Below, piece by piece: positions 26,075 through 35,641 of a stretch of DNA of 41,982 nt. The notes below the pieces were generated by a model that was given only the letters and a program-made list of their open reading frames with translations, made no database searches and had not been told where the DNA came from. Numbering within the stretch: the first letter of the stretch is position 1; every line of letters begins with the position of its first letter. Position numbers and translations under genes: made by a program. The stretch is taken from contig CAJGDW010000001.1 of the NCBI GenBank assembly GCA_904502115.1, positions 1 to 41,982 on the forward strand. The letters are read 5' to 3'. The stretch is from Paludibacteraceae bacterium (GTDB taxonomy: Bacteria; Bacteroidota; Bacteroidia; Bacteroidales; Paludibacteraceae).

Positions 26075-26869
26075 ATGAAACAATACCTTGATCTACTAGA
26101 CAGAATTATGACTGAAGGTACCCAAAAGGAAGACCGCACGGGTACGGGTACCATTAGTGTATTTGGACATCAAATGCGATTTAACATGGCCGATGGTTTC
26201 CCCTTGGTAACCACCAAAAAACTGCACTTAAAGTCCATTATTCACGAGCTGTTGTGGTTCTTAAAAGGTGACACCAATGTAAAATACCTACAAGATAATG
26301 GGGTACGTATTTGGAACGAGTGGGCCGATGAAAATGGCGATTTGGGTCATATTTACGGCTATCAATGGCGTTCTTGGCCCGATTACAAGGGTGGTTTTGT
26401 AGATCAAATTCAACAAGCGGTCGATACCATTAAAAACAATCCCGATTCGCGCCGCATCATTGTTAGCGCTTGGAACGTGGCCGATTTGGACAACATGAAC
26501 CTAGCTCCTTGCCATGCTTTCTTCCAATTTTATGTGGCCGATGGCAAGCTAAGTTTGCAATTGTACCAACGCAGCGCCGATACCTTTTTGGGTGTTCCTT
26601 TCAACATTGCATCGTATGCTTTGTTGCTTAAAATGATGGCACAAGTATGTGGTTTGCAAGAGGGCGATTTTGTACATACTTTGGGCGATGCTCACGTATA
26701 CCTAAACCACTTGGAGCAAGTAAAAGAACAGCTGTCGCGCGATCCTAAACCCTTGCCTCAAATGAAAATCAATCCTAATGTAAAATCGATTTTTGATTTT
26801 ACTTACGACGATTTTGAATTGGTAGGCTACGAAGCACACCCACATATTAAAGGTGTAGTATCGGTATAA
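26075..26869 (+). CDS. thyA: Thymidylate synthase (264 aa)
   Basis: MKQYLDLL..., DRTGTGT, active-site [12 protein letters not shown], canonical 264-aa length. Confidence 0.97.
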   Translation: MKQYLDLLDRIMTEGTQKEDRTGTGTISVFGHQMRFNMADGFPLVTTKKLHLKSIIHELLWFLKGDTNVKYLQDNGVRIWNEWADENGDLGHIYGYQWRSWPDYKGGFVDQIQQAVDTIKNNPDSRRIIVSAWNVADLDNMNLAPCHAFFQFYVADGKLSLQLYQRSADTFLGVPFNIASYALLLKMMAQVCGLQEGDFVHTLGDAHVYLNHLEQVKEQLSRDPKPLPQMKINPNVKSIFDFTYDDFELVGYEAHPHIKGVVSV

Positions 26870-26890
26870 TAATGTCGCTTCGCTCCGACA

Positions 26891-26924
26891 AATCGATTAA
26901 TCGGCTAATCGACTAATCGATTAA
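26891..26924. repeat. 8-bp-period array AATCGATT AATCGGCT AATCGACT AATCGATT AA, downstream of thyA
   Basis: Read directly. Opposite orientation to the arrays at 26038 and 26944. Confidence 0.9.
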
Positions 26925-26943
26925 ATTGTGAAAATATCTATTT

Positions 26944-26976
26944 CGATTCACCGATTAACCAGTTAGTCGATTAGTC
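26944..26976. repeat. 8-bp-period array CGATTCAC CGATTAAC CAGTTAGT CGATTAGT C, ending 1 nt before the folA ATG
   Basis: Read directly. The first 13 nt are the exact reverse complement of the GGTGAATC array unit at 867-898. Confidence 0.9.
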
Positions 26977-27468
26977 ATGAAAATCATCCTTATAGCAGCA
27001 ATAGACCTTAACGGCGCCATTGGCAAGGACAACCAATTGTTGTGTCATTTGCCCGCCGATTTGAAGCATTTTAAGCAATTAACGCAAGGAAAAACGGTTA
27101 TTATGGGCCGTAAAACTTTCGATTCGTTGCCTGGAGGTGCCTTGCCTAAACGTCGAAATATTGTGATTTCAAGGCAAGCGAATTTAACATTGGCGAATTG
27201 CGAGGTGTTTAATTCTATAGATACTGCATTCGCTGCTTGTGAATCGGAGGATGAGGTTTTTGTAATTGGTGGCGAAAACATCTACAAACAGACCATTGCG
27301 AATGCCGATGTGCTTGAAATCACCCAAATAGCCGCTCGCTTCGATGCAGACGCCTTCTTTCCTGTCATTGATACGGCCATTTGGACATCGGTAAACGAAG
27401 AGAAGCATACAGCCGATGAACGACATGCGCACGATTTTGCTTTTATTACCTACCAAAGAAGCAAATAG
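26977..27468 (+). CDS. folA: Dihydrofolate reductase (163 aa)
   Basis: IILIAAIDLNGAIGKDNQLLCHLPADLKHFKQLTQGKTVIMGRKTFDSLP and VFVIGGENIY motifs. Confidence 0.95.
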   Translation: MKIILIAAIDLNGAIGKDNQLLCHLPADLKHFKQLTQGKTVIMGRKTFDSLPGGALPKRRNIVISRQANLTLANCEVFNSIDTAFAACESEDEVFVIGGENIYKQTIANADVLEITQIAARFDADAFFPVIDTAIWTSVNEEKHTADERHAHDFAFITYQRSK

Positions 27469-27536
27469 TTATTAACAATCTGTAAATTTATCTATTTCAT
27501 AGATAACAGACACACTGCCATTTAGTAGTTTTTTTG

Positions 27537-27544
27537 TAGTTTTG
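27537..27544 (+). promoter_or_regulatory. -7 promoter box TAGTTTTG for purH and the mre operon
   Basis: Matches TAnnTTTG, 40 nt upstream of the ATG at 27585. Confidence 0.45.
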
Positions 27545-27584
27545 TACCCATAAGCATTTTTGTATAAACACACACAAAATAGTT

Positions 27585-29105
27585 ATGGACAACAAAAAGA
27601 TTAAAACTGCGTTAATTTCGGTTTTTCACAAAGAAAACCTAGACAAAATTGTATTAAAACTACATGCCGAAGGTGTTCGCATCTTGTCAACAGGCGGTAC
27701 TCAAAGCTTTGTTGAATCGTTGGGCGTTCCTTGCGATGCTGTAGAGGACCTAACTTCGTATCCTTCTATTTTAGGAGGTCGTGTAAAGACCCTTCACCCC
27801 AAAGTATTTGGTGGTATTTTGTGCCGTCGCGATAACGAAACCGACCAAGCACAAATTGCTCAATACGAGATTCCAGAAATTGACTTGGTAATTGTCGATT
27901 TGTATCCTTTCGAAAAAACCGTTGCATCGGGTGCTCCTGAACAAGACATCATCGAAAAAATTGACATAGGTGGCATTTCACTCATCCGTGCTGCTGCTAA
28001 AAACTTTGCCGATGTGGTGATTGTGGCATCGCAAGCTCAATATGCTCCATTGATGGACATGCTAGAAGAAAACGGCGCACAAAGTACTTTGGAACAACGT
28101 AAATTCTTTGCGAAAGAAGCATTTGCTGTATCGTCGTTGTACGATTCAGCTATTTTCAACTACTTTGATGGTGGCAATAGCAGTGCTTTCCGTTATGCAA
28201 AAGACGATGCTAAAACCTTGCGTTACGGCGAAAACCCACACCAAAAAGGTTATTTCTACGGCAACTTTGACGAAATGTTCGAACAATTGCAAGGAAAAGA
28301 AATTTCTTACAACAATTTGCTAGATATCGACTCGGCTATCAACCTAATTTCGGAATTCGATGACATTACTTTTGCCATCCTAAAACACAACAACGCTTGC
28401 GGTTTGGCTTCGCGTCCTACTTTGTTAGAAGCTTGGAACGATGCTTTGGCTGGCGACCCTGTTTCTGCTTTTGGTGGTGTATTGATTGCCAATGCTCCTA
28501 TCGATAAAGCAACTGCCGAAGAAATCAACAAAATTTTCTTTGAAGTAATCATTGCTCCCGATTACGACATGGATGCGCTAGAAATTTTGTCGCAAAAGAA
28601 AAACCGCATCATCTTGATTCAAAAACCATTTGCACGTCCCGAAAAACAATTCCGTTCGCTTTTGAACGGCGTATTGGTACAAGATCGCGACAACAGCACA
28701 GAAGGAGAAGAGCAAATGAAAACCGTTACGGTTACCGAACCTACTGCAGCACAAATCGAAGACATGATTTTTGCTAACAAAATTGTAAAACACACCAAAT
28801 CGAACGCTATTGTATTGGCTAAAAACAAACAATTGTGTGCTAGCGGTGTAGGTCAAACCTCGCGCGTTGATGCACTTCGTCAAGCCATCGAAAAAGCAGG
28901 TACTTTCAACTTTGATTTGAACGGTGCAGTTATGGCATCTGATGCATTCTTCCCCTTCCCTGATTGCGTAGAAATTGCATCAAAAGCAGGTGTTAATGCA
29001 GTGGTACAACCTGGTGGTTCTATCAAAGATAATTTATCAATCGACTATTGTAACGAAAACGGTATTGCCATGGTAACTACCGGTATTCGTCACTTTAAAC
29101 ACTAA
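27585..29105 (+). CDS. purH: Bifunctional AICAR formyltransferase / IMP cyclohydrolase (506 aa)
   Basis: MGS-like N-terminus (ALISVFHKENL, LSTGGT, GGRVKTLHPKV) and AICARFT domain (LKHNNACG, ASDAFFPF). Confidence 0.96.
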   Translation: MDNKKIKTALISVFHKENLDKIVLKLHAEGVRILSTGGTQSFVESLGVPCDAVEDLTSYPSILGGRVKTLHPKVFGGILCRRDNETDQAQIAQYEIPEIDLVIVDLYPFEKTVASGAPEQDIIEKIDIGGISLIRAAAKNFADVVIVASQAQYAPLMDMLEENGAQSTLEQRKFFAKEAFAVSSLYDSAIFNYFDGGNSSAFRYAKDDAKTLRYGENPHQKGYFYGNFDEMFEQLQGKEISYNNLLDIDSAINLISEFDDITFAILKHNNACGLASRPTLLEAWNDALAGDPVSAFGGVLIANAPIDKATAEEINKIFFEVIIAPDYDMDALEILSQKKNRIILIQKPFARPEKQFRSLLNGVLVQDRDNSTEGEEQMKTVTVTEPTAAQIEDMIFANKIVKHTKSNAIVLAKNKQLCASGVGQTSRVDALRQAIEKAGTFNFDLNGAVMASDAFFPFPDCVEIASKAGVNAVVQPGGSIKDNLSIDYCNENGIAMVTTGIRHFKH

Positions 29106-29118
29106 AAGACAACATATA

Positions 29119-30141
29119 ATGGGTTTATTTTCATTCACACAAGAGTTGGCTATCGACTTGGGTACAGCCAACACCATTATCATTCAAAACGATAAAATTG
29201 TATTGGACGAGCCATCTATTGTGGCACTTGATTCGTCTGGTAACTTGAAAGCTGTTGGTCTAAAAGCATCGATGATGCACGGTAAGGCCAACCCCAATAT
29301 TCGTACCGTACGTCCTTTGCGTGACGGTGTGATTGCAGACTTCGACGCTGCCGAAATGATGATTCGTGGTTTTATCAAAAAGATCTCGTCACGTAGCAGC
29401 TTGTTTGCTCCATCGTTGCGTATGGTTGTATGTATTCCATCGGGTAGTACCGAGGTAGAAATTCGTGCGGTGCGCGACTCTTCGGAACACGCAGGTGGTC
29501 GTGACGTTTACATGATTTTTGAACCAATGGCAGCAGCCATGGGTATTGGTTTAGACGTTGAAGCGCCCGTAGGTCACATGATTGTAGATATAGGTGGTGG
29601 TACAACCGAGATTGCTGTTATTTCGTTGGGTGGTTTGGTTTGCAACCGTTCTATTCGTATTGCAGGTGACGATTTTACTAGCGACATTCGCGAATACATG
29701 GGTCGTATGCACAACATTAAAGTAGATGATCCTACTGCAGAATTGATCAAAATCAACGTAGGTTCGGCTCTTACCGAATTGCCAGAAGATCAAGTTCCAG
29801 AAGATTTTGTGGTTGTTGGTCCTAACCGTATGACCTCTTTGCCACTATCTATTCCAATTTCGTATCAAGAGGTGGCTCACTGCCTAGATAAATCAATTTC
29901 TAAGATTGAAGCTGCTATTCTTTCGGCATTAGAAGCTACTCCTCCTGAGTTGTATGCGGACATTGTGCGCAATGGTATTCACCTAACCGGTGGTGGTGCT
30001 TTGCTTCGTGGATTGGCGCAACGTTTGAACGAGAAAATGAACATTAAATTCATTGTTGCTGACGACCCATTGCATGCCGTAGCACGTGGTACTGGTTTGG
30101 CGTTGAAAAACATTGACAAATATTCGTTCTTGATGCGTTAA
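29119..30141 (+). CDS. mreB: Rod shape-determining protein MreB (340 aa)
   Basis: LAIDLGTANT, VDIGGGTTEIAVISLGG, GIHLTGGGALLRGL actin-fold motifs. Confidence 0.97.
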   Translation: MGLFSFTQELAIDLGTANTIIIQNDKIVLDEPSIVALDSSGNLKAVGLKASMMHGKANPNIRTVRPLRDGVIADFDAAEMMIRGFIKKISSRSSLFAPSLRMVVCIPSGSTEVEIRAVRDSSEHAGGRDVYMIFEPMAAAMGIGLDVEAPVGHMIVDIGGGTTEIAVISLGGLVCNRSIRIAGDDFTSDIREYMGRMHNIKVDDPTAELIKINVGSALTELPEDQVPEDFVVVGPNRMTSLPLSIPISYQEVAHCLDKSISKIEAAILSALEATPPELYADIVRNGIHLTGGGALLRGLAQRLNEKMNIKFIVADDPLHAVARGTGLALKNIDKYSFLMR

Positions 30142-30162
30142 TGTTTTGTAGGCAACCAACGC

Positions 30163-30996
30163 ATGAAAACCCTTTTGCAGTTTCTTAAAAGATTTAGTTT
30201 ATTGCTACAGTTTCTATTCTTAGAAGCGGTAGCAATAATCATGTTGATACAGTTCAATGGGTATCAACGGTCTGTTGTGTTAAGTTCTGCCAATTGGGTT
30301 TCTGGTTTTTTATTTGAAGGGGTGGATGCTGTTAGCGACTATTTTGATTTACACGAAAAAAACCAGGATTTATCGGCAGAGAATGCGGCGTTAAAGAATG
30401 AAATTGAACACTTAAGAGCGCAACAAGAACCTGCTGTTTTTGGTCCCGATTCTGTGTTGGTGAGTTTATCGGATTCTTCTTATTGGTTGCCTTATCAGTA
30501 TCTTTCTGCGCATATCGTACAGCATTCTATCAACAAATCTCAGAATTACATTACATTGAACAAGGGCACCGATGATGGTGTTTTTCAAGATATGGGTGTG
30601 GTGGCAGCAAACGGAGTTGTGGGTATAGTTAAATCCGTCTCACAACATTATGCTATGGTTATGCCCATTATCAATGTGCAATCTCGTATAAGTTGTCGAT
30701 TGGAGTCTTGTCAGAACTTTGGGTCGTTACAATGGGACGGAACTGATTATCGTTACGCAGTATTGAACGAAGTACCTAGTTATGTTAAGGTTTCCAAAGG
30801 CGAAAAGGTAGTAACCAGTGGATTTTCTGCCATTTTCCCCAGAGGTATTCTTGTTGGCGAAGTGGTGGATGTGGTGGTAAATGAAAAGGATCAAACCTTA
30901 GCGATAAAAGTTGAATTATCAGTAGATTTTGGCAAACTATCGGATGTGAATGTCATCCATTTTGCTGGTATGGAAGAATTTAAAGCATTGCAATAA
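30163..30996 (+). CDS. mreC: Rod shape-determining protein MreC (277 aa)
   Basis: N-terminal TM segment, coiled coil (LSAENAALKNEIEHLRAQ), beta-domain GVVGIV...VVTSGFSAIFPRGILVGEV. Position after mreB. Confidence 0.88.
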   Translation: MKTLLQFLKRFSLLLQFLFLEAVAIIMLIQFNGYQRSVVLSSANWVSGFLFEGVDAVSDYFDLHEKNQDLSAENAALKNEIEHLRAQQEPAVFGPDSVLVSLSDSSYWLPYQYLSAHIVQHSINKSQNYITLNKGTDDGVFQDMGVVAANGVVGIVKSVSQHYAMVMPIINVQSRISCRLESCQNFGSLQWDGTDYRYAVLNEVPSYVKVSKGEKVVTSGFSAIFPRGILVGEVVDVVVNEKDQTLAIKVELSVDFGKLSDVNVIHFAGMEEFKALQ

Positions 30997-30997
30997 A

Positions 30998-31495
30998 ATG
31001 CGAGAAGTATTGCCTTACATATTACGCTTTGTTACTTTGTTGTTGTTACAGGTACTATTGTTCAATAACATTGATTTTTTGGGATATGTAAATCCGTACA
31101 TTTACCTCATCTTCTTTTTGGATTTACCCATTTCATATAAAACCTCGAAAAGCATGCTTTTGGGGTTTTTAATGGGTTTTATTGTTGATATATTTGCAAA
31201 TACCATGGGTGTGCATACTTTTGCTTGTGTGCTCTTGTGTTTTGTTCGCAACGCTTGGATACGTATGCTGTTTTCTAGTTTGAATGTTCAACAAGATAAG
31301 CTTACGTTGCAGCGTGTTGGTTGGATTGATTATATAAAATATATATTTGTTCTAATCTTATTGCACCATACGGCATTGTATATGCTAGAGGCGTTCTCCT
31401 TTTATGCGTTTGGTGTTGTCTTTCTCCGTATCGTTATCAACACGGTATCTACTATGCTCTTGATTCTTTGTTACGAATTTATTCGTTCTAGGTAA
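30998..31495 (+). CDS. mreD: Rod shape-determining protein MreD (165 aa)
   Basis: Polytopic membrane protein starting at the ATG at 30998, 2 nt after the mreC stop. Synteny mreC-mreD-mrdA. The tracked start at 30950 overlaps the mreC tail. Confidence 0.8.
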   Translation: MREVLPYILRFVTLLLLQVLLFNNIDFLGYVNPYIYLIFFLDLPISYKTSKSMLLGFLMGFIVDIFANTMGVHTFACVLLCFVRNAWIRMLFSSLNVQQDKLTLQRVGWIDYIKYIFVLILLHHTALYMLEAFSFYAFGVVFLRIVINTVSTMLLILCYEFIRSR

Positions 31496-33348
31496 TGCAG
31501 TACAAACGTAAACATCAAGACTCCCAATCGCGCCAAATTGTTATGGTATTGCTTGTACTATTGGTGGCATTGTTGTTTGTGGTGCGTTTGTTTACTTTAC
31601 AAGTACTAGATGATAGTTTCAAAGAGAGTGCAGATAGTAATGCCTTCATCAAAAAAACACTTTATCCTTCTAGAGGTCTTATCTACGATCGATACGGGAA
31701 CCTAATGGTTTCCAATCAGCCTATTTATGACGTCATGCTAGTGATGCGTGAGATGGTTGACTTTGATACCTTGGCTTTTTGTAATGCCATGAACATAACA
31801 CGTGCGGAATTTGACGTGCGCTTGGACGAGATCAAAAACCGTCGTAAAAATCCGGGATATTCGCGCTATACACCGCAAGTATTTGCCTCTCAAATCACTT
31901 ATGAAGAGTACGGTGAGTTGCAAGAAAAATTGTTTCGTTTTCCGGGAGTTTTGGTGCAACAAAGGGTAGCTAGGAAGTACACATTGCCATGTGGAGCCTT
32001 GCAGATAGGTTCGTTGGGCGAGGCGTCGCAAAAGCAAATAGATGCTGATGCTTACTACAAACGTGGCGACCATATTGGTCAATCTGGACTCGAAAAACAA
32101 TATGAAAATTATTTGAGGGGAACCAAGGGAGAAGAAATCTTAATGCGCGATGTGCATGGAAGAATCAAGGGAAAATACAATGATGGTGCCAATGATGTAG
32201 CCCCTATTCCAGGTAAGAACCTTACCCTAAGTTTGGATATGGAACTGCAGGCGTATGGCGAAAAGTTGATGCAAGGAAAGATGGGAAGTATTGTTGCCAT
32301 CGAACCCGAAACGGGCGAAATTTTGGCCATGGTATCTGCTCCTTCTTTTGACCCTGAATTATTGGTGGGTAGGCAGCGATCGGCCAATTATGCTACGTTG
32401 GCAGCGGATACCACAAAACCTTTGTTTAATAGGCCTGTAATGGCACAATACCCTCCGGGTTCTACCTTTAAGTTGGTGCAAGCGCTTATTATGCAACAAG
32501 AGAATATTTTTGATAGAAACACATTGTTCCCTTGTAAAAATGGGTATTACTACACAAAAACTCGTAAGTTAGGTTGCCATCATCATAAGTCGCCCATTGA
32601 TTTGCCTACCTCTATTGAGACTTCTTGCAATGCTTACTATTGTTACGGATTGCGTCGCATGTTTGATGAGCGTTTGGACAAATACGGTTCTATTCAGGGT
32701 GCCTACAATGTTTGGCGTGATTATGTGTTTGATATGGGATTTGGCGATGAATTGGGCATTGATTATCCTGGTGAAAAAGGTGGGGTTGTGTACCGAAGCC
32801 AAACGTACGATAAAATTTATGGCAAAAGAGGTTGGAAATCGGCTACCATTATTTCTATTGCCATTGGGCAAGGTGAACTTTTGTCGACTCCTTTGCAGAT
32901 AGCCAACTTAGCGGCACTTATTGCCAACAAGGGCTATTATTATACTCCCCATTTGGTAAAAAAAGTAGGCGATGATTTGGTTGATAAAACTTATCGTACG
33001 CCTCATAAAGTAGATATCGACGAAAAATATTTTGATGTGGCCATTGAAGGCATGCATCGAGTGGTAAAAAAAGGTACCGCACGTTACGGCAAAATCCCTG
33101 GCATTGAATTCTGTGGAAAAACAGGTACAGCGCAAAACCCTCATGGCGAAGATCACTCCATTTTTATGGCATTTGCACCAAAGGATAATCCAAAGATTGC
33201 CATTTCTGTTTATGTAGAAAATTCGGGTTTTGGGGCTACTTGGGCCGTTCCTATCGCTAGTTTGATGATAGAAAAATATTTGAATCGCGAGATAGATCCG
33301 TCGCGTTTGCAAATAGAAAAGAATATGATGGAAAAATCTTTTTATTAG
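31495..33348 (+). CDS. mrdA: Penicillin-binding protein 2 (elongasome transpeptidase, 617 aa)
   Basis: PBP dimerisation domain plus transpeptidase motifs STFK (PPGSTFKLV), SCN, KTGTA. Confidence 0.95.
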   Translation: MQYKRKHQDSQSRQIVMVLLVLLVALLFVVRLFTLQVLDDSFKESADSNAFIKKTLYPSRGLIYDRYGNLMVSNQPIYDVMLVMREMVDFDTLAFCNAMNITRAEFDVRLDEIKNRRKNPGYSRYTPQVFASQITYEEYGELQEKLFRFPGVLVQQRVARKYTLPCGALQIGSLGEASQKQIDADAYYKRGDHIGQSGLEKQYENYLRGTKGEEILMRDVHGRIKGKYNDGANDVAPIPGKNLTLSLDMELQAYGEKLMQGKMGSIVAIEPETGEILAMVSAPSFDPELLVGRQRSANYATLAADTTKPLFNRPVMAQYPPGSTFKLVQALIMQQENIFDRNTLFPCKNGYYYTKTRKLGCHHHKSPIDLPTSIETSCNAYYCYGLRRMFDERLDKYGSIQGAYNVWRDYVFDMGFGDELGIDYPGEKGGVVYRSQTYDKIYGKRGWKSATIISIAIGQGELLSTPLQIANLAALIANKGYYYTPHLVKKVGDDLVDKTYRTPHKVDIDEKYFDVAIEGMHRVVKKGTARYGKIPGIEFCGKTGTAQNPHGEDHSIFMAFAPKDNPKIAISVYVENSGFGATWAVPIASLMIEKYLNREIDPSRLQIEKNMMEKSFY

Positions 33349-33355
33349 TAGAACG

Positions 33356-34822
33356 ATGCCAAGAAATGTAAATATATTGCAAAAGATTGACTGGCTGACC
33401 ATTGGTTTGTATTTATTCCTGGTTGTATTTGGATGGATTACCATTTATGCAGCCAGCTATAACTTTGAGGATACGCAGTATTTAGATTTCTCGACCAACC
33501 ACGGCAAGCAGTTAATTTGGATTGCTTGTGCATTTGTTGTGGCGTTGGTAGTCATGATGGTAGACAGTAAGTTCTACAACAATGTGGCGTACGTCTTTTA
33601 TGCCCTGATGATGCTGTTACTGGTGCTGACTATTTTTATAGCACCAGACATTAAAGGATCTCACTCGTGGTTGCGTATAGGTTCTTTCCAAATTCAACCT
33701 GCAGAATTTGCTAAATATGCCACGTTGCTGTGCTTGGCAAAGTTTATGAGTTCGTATCAGTTCTCGTTAGACAACAAGCGCAATTTTCTTATTTCGTTAG
33801 GCATTATCTTTTTACCGGCTCTTATTATTATTGCTCAATCCGAAACGGGTTCGGCATTGGTATTTGTATCGTTACTTTTGGTGCTATTTAGAGAAGGAAT
33901 GAATGGTATTTTTCTGGTTTTAGGTGTACTGGTAGTTCTCTTTTTTATCTTGGTATTGCGCTATAATAATTTACCAGGAGCGGCAGAATCGCCAGAGATT
34001 TATGGTTTTATTATTACATTCATAATTGCATTAGTTGTAGCCATTGTTTTTGTTCATCTATATACGCGCGATAAATTGTGTGTGCGAATGATGCTAGGGG
34101 TATATGCCTTGTGTTTACTTTCTGGAGTTGCCTTGCATTATTTTTACCCTTCTATTTTGTACACTCATATTGCATTTGCTACTATGGGTATCACCATTGT
34201 TCTGTTGTTTGCCCGCATGTACATGATAAGACGTAAAACCTATTTCTTGGTAGCCTTGTTTTTGATGGGTACCATCGGGTTAGCTTTAACTGCCGACTAT
34301 GTCTTTAACAACGTTTTGGCCCCTCACCAACAGGTTCGTATCAAAATAGTGTTGGGTTTGGAAGAAGATCCGCAGGGAGCAGGGTACAATGTTCGTCAAT
34401 CGCAAATTGCCATTGGATCGGGCGGAGTACTGGGTAAGGGATACTTAAACGGTACACAAACCAAACTGAGTTATGTGCCTGAGCAGGATACCGACTTTGT
34501 ATTTTGCACCATTGGCGAGGAACGTGGCTTTTTAGGTTCAGTGCTCTTTATTGCCGTGTATGCTTTCTTTATGATACGCCTTATTTTCTTAGCAGAACGA
34601 CAGCGATCTGCCTTTACTAGAATTTATGGATACGGATTGGTTAGCATTTTCTTGTTTCACTTTTTTATCAATTTAGGGATGGTAACGGGTATAACTCCTG
34701 TAATTGGCATTCCGCTTCCGTTCATTAGTTATGGTGGGTCGTCGCTGTGGGGCTTTACCATTATGCTCTTTACGTTTATTCGTTTGGATGCCAACCGAAT
34801 GGAGGTTTTACAACACACTTAG
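33356..34822 (+). CDS. rodA: SEDS-family peptidoglycan glycosyltransferase RodA (488 aa)
   Basis: FQIQPAEFAK, SETGSALV, VPEQDTDFVFCTIGEERGF, PLPFISYGGSS motifs. Follows mrdA. Confidence 0.93.
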   Translation: MPRNVNILQKIDWLTIGLYLFLVVFGWITIYAASYNFEDTQYLDFSTNHGKQLIWIACAFVVALVVMMVDSKFYNNVAYVFYALMMLLLVLTIFIAPDIKGSHSWLRIGSFQIQPAEFAKYATLLCLAKFMSSYQFSLDNKRNFLISLGIIFLPALIIIAQSETGSALVFVSLLLVLFREGMNGIFLVLGVLVVLFFILVLRYNNLPGAAESPEIYGFIITFIIALVVAIVFVHLYTRDKLCVRMMLGVYALCLLSGVALHYFYPSILYTHIAFATMGITIVLLFARMYMIRRKTYFLVALFLMGTIGLALTADYVFNNVLAPHQQVRIKIVLGLEEDPQGAGYNVRQSQIAIGSGGVLGKGYLNGTQTKLSYVPEQDTDFVFCTIGEERGFLGSVLFIAVYAFFMIRLIFLAERQRSAFTRIYGYGLVSIFLFHFFINLGMVTGITPVIGIPLPFISYGGSSLWGFTIMLFTFIRLDANRMEVLQHT

Positions 34823-34825
34823 TTT

Positions 34826-35638
34826 ATGCAGTACAAAATCATTGCCCTCGACATTGATGGCACCTTGGCGAACAGCCAAAAAGAAATATCGCAAAAGAAC
34901 ATTGATACCCTTGCCGAGGCAGTTCGCCAAGGTGCGCAGATAGCACTGGTATCGGGACGCCCTACCTTTGGCATAGAGCCCACCGCAAAAACCTTGGGTA
35001 TGGACAAAATAGGCGGTTATATTTTATCGTTTAATGGCGCTAAAATCATCAACTATGTCACCCAAGAGGTATTGTATCAAAATGTCCTAAGTGCCCAAGA
35101 AGTGGCAGCTATTTGCGAGCAAGCAGCCTTGTTGGATGTACCCGCCATTACCTATAGCAACGAGGCGCTTTATACAACATCTGCGCAAAGCATTTACGTT
35201 CAAAAAGAAGCCACCATCAATAAAATGCCTGTGGTAGAAGTGTCTAATTTGGCCCAATCCACTACCTTTCAAACCCCCAAATGTTTGTTGGTAGACGACC
35301 CCGAAAAATTGGTAAAAGTAGAGGCGCTGATGAAAGAGAAATTTCCTAATTTGAGCATTTATCGTTCCGAACCTTACTTTTTGGAAATCATGCCCCAGGG
35401 AATTGACAAAGCCTTTTCGTTAGGAATCTTATTGGAGCAACAAGGTTTGACTGCCCAAAACTTGCTATCGTGTGGCGATGGTTTTAACGATTTGTCAATG
35501 ATTCAGTATGCGGGTATGGGTGTTGCCATGCAGAATGCACAAGAGGTGGTAAAAGCGGCAGCTAACTATGTATCGCCCTATACCAACGACGAAGACGCCG
35601 TGGCACTTGCCATTGAAAAATTTGTGCTAAATAGGTAA
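34826..35638 (+). CDS. Cof-type HAD-IIB family hydrolase (sugar phosphatase-like, 270 aa)
   Basis: IALDIDGTL motif I, SGR motif II, GDGFNDLSM motif IV. Confidence 0.88.
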   Translation: MQYKIIALDIDGTLANSQKEISQKNIDTLAEAVRQGAQIALVSGRPTFGIEPTAKTLGMDKIGGYILSFNGAKIINYVTQEVLYQNVLSAQEVAAICEQAALLDVPAITYSNEALYTTSAQSIYVQKEATINKMPVVEVSNLAQSTTFQTPKCLLVDDPEKLVKVEALMKEKFPNLSIYRSEPYFLEIMPQGIDKAFSLGILLEQQGLTAQNLLSCGDGFNDLSMIQYAGMGVAMQNAQEVVKAAANYVSPYTNDEDAVALAIEKFVLNR

Positions 35639-35641
35639 GAA

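Noticed and set aside
867-26976. CRISPR array or MITE interpretation of the short tandem arrays at 867, 21709, 26038, 26891 and 26944
   Set aside because: The repeat units are 8 or 13 bp with no spacers. There are no cas genes, no terminal inverted repeats with target-site duplications, and no transposase anywhere in the window.
27479-27509. AT-rich hairpin TTATCTAT-TTC-ATAGATAA (extended by CTGT/ACAG) after folA, considered as a terminator or operator
   Set aside because: The stem is weak and all A/T, with a bulge and no following T-run. It may contribute to termination, but the sequence alone does not support a call.
33356-34822. RodA is 488 aa, about 120 aa longer than the enterobacterial protein, with extra hydrophobic segments in the middle
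   Set aside because: As far as I recall, extended RodA proteins are usual in Bacteroidota. All SEDS motifs are intact and collinear. I regard this as a lineage trait, not an anomaly.
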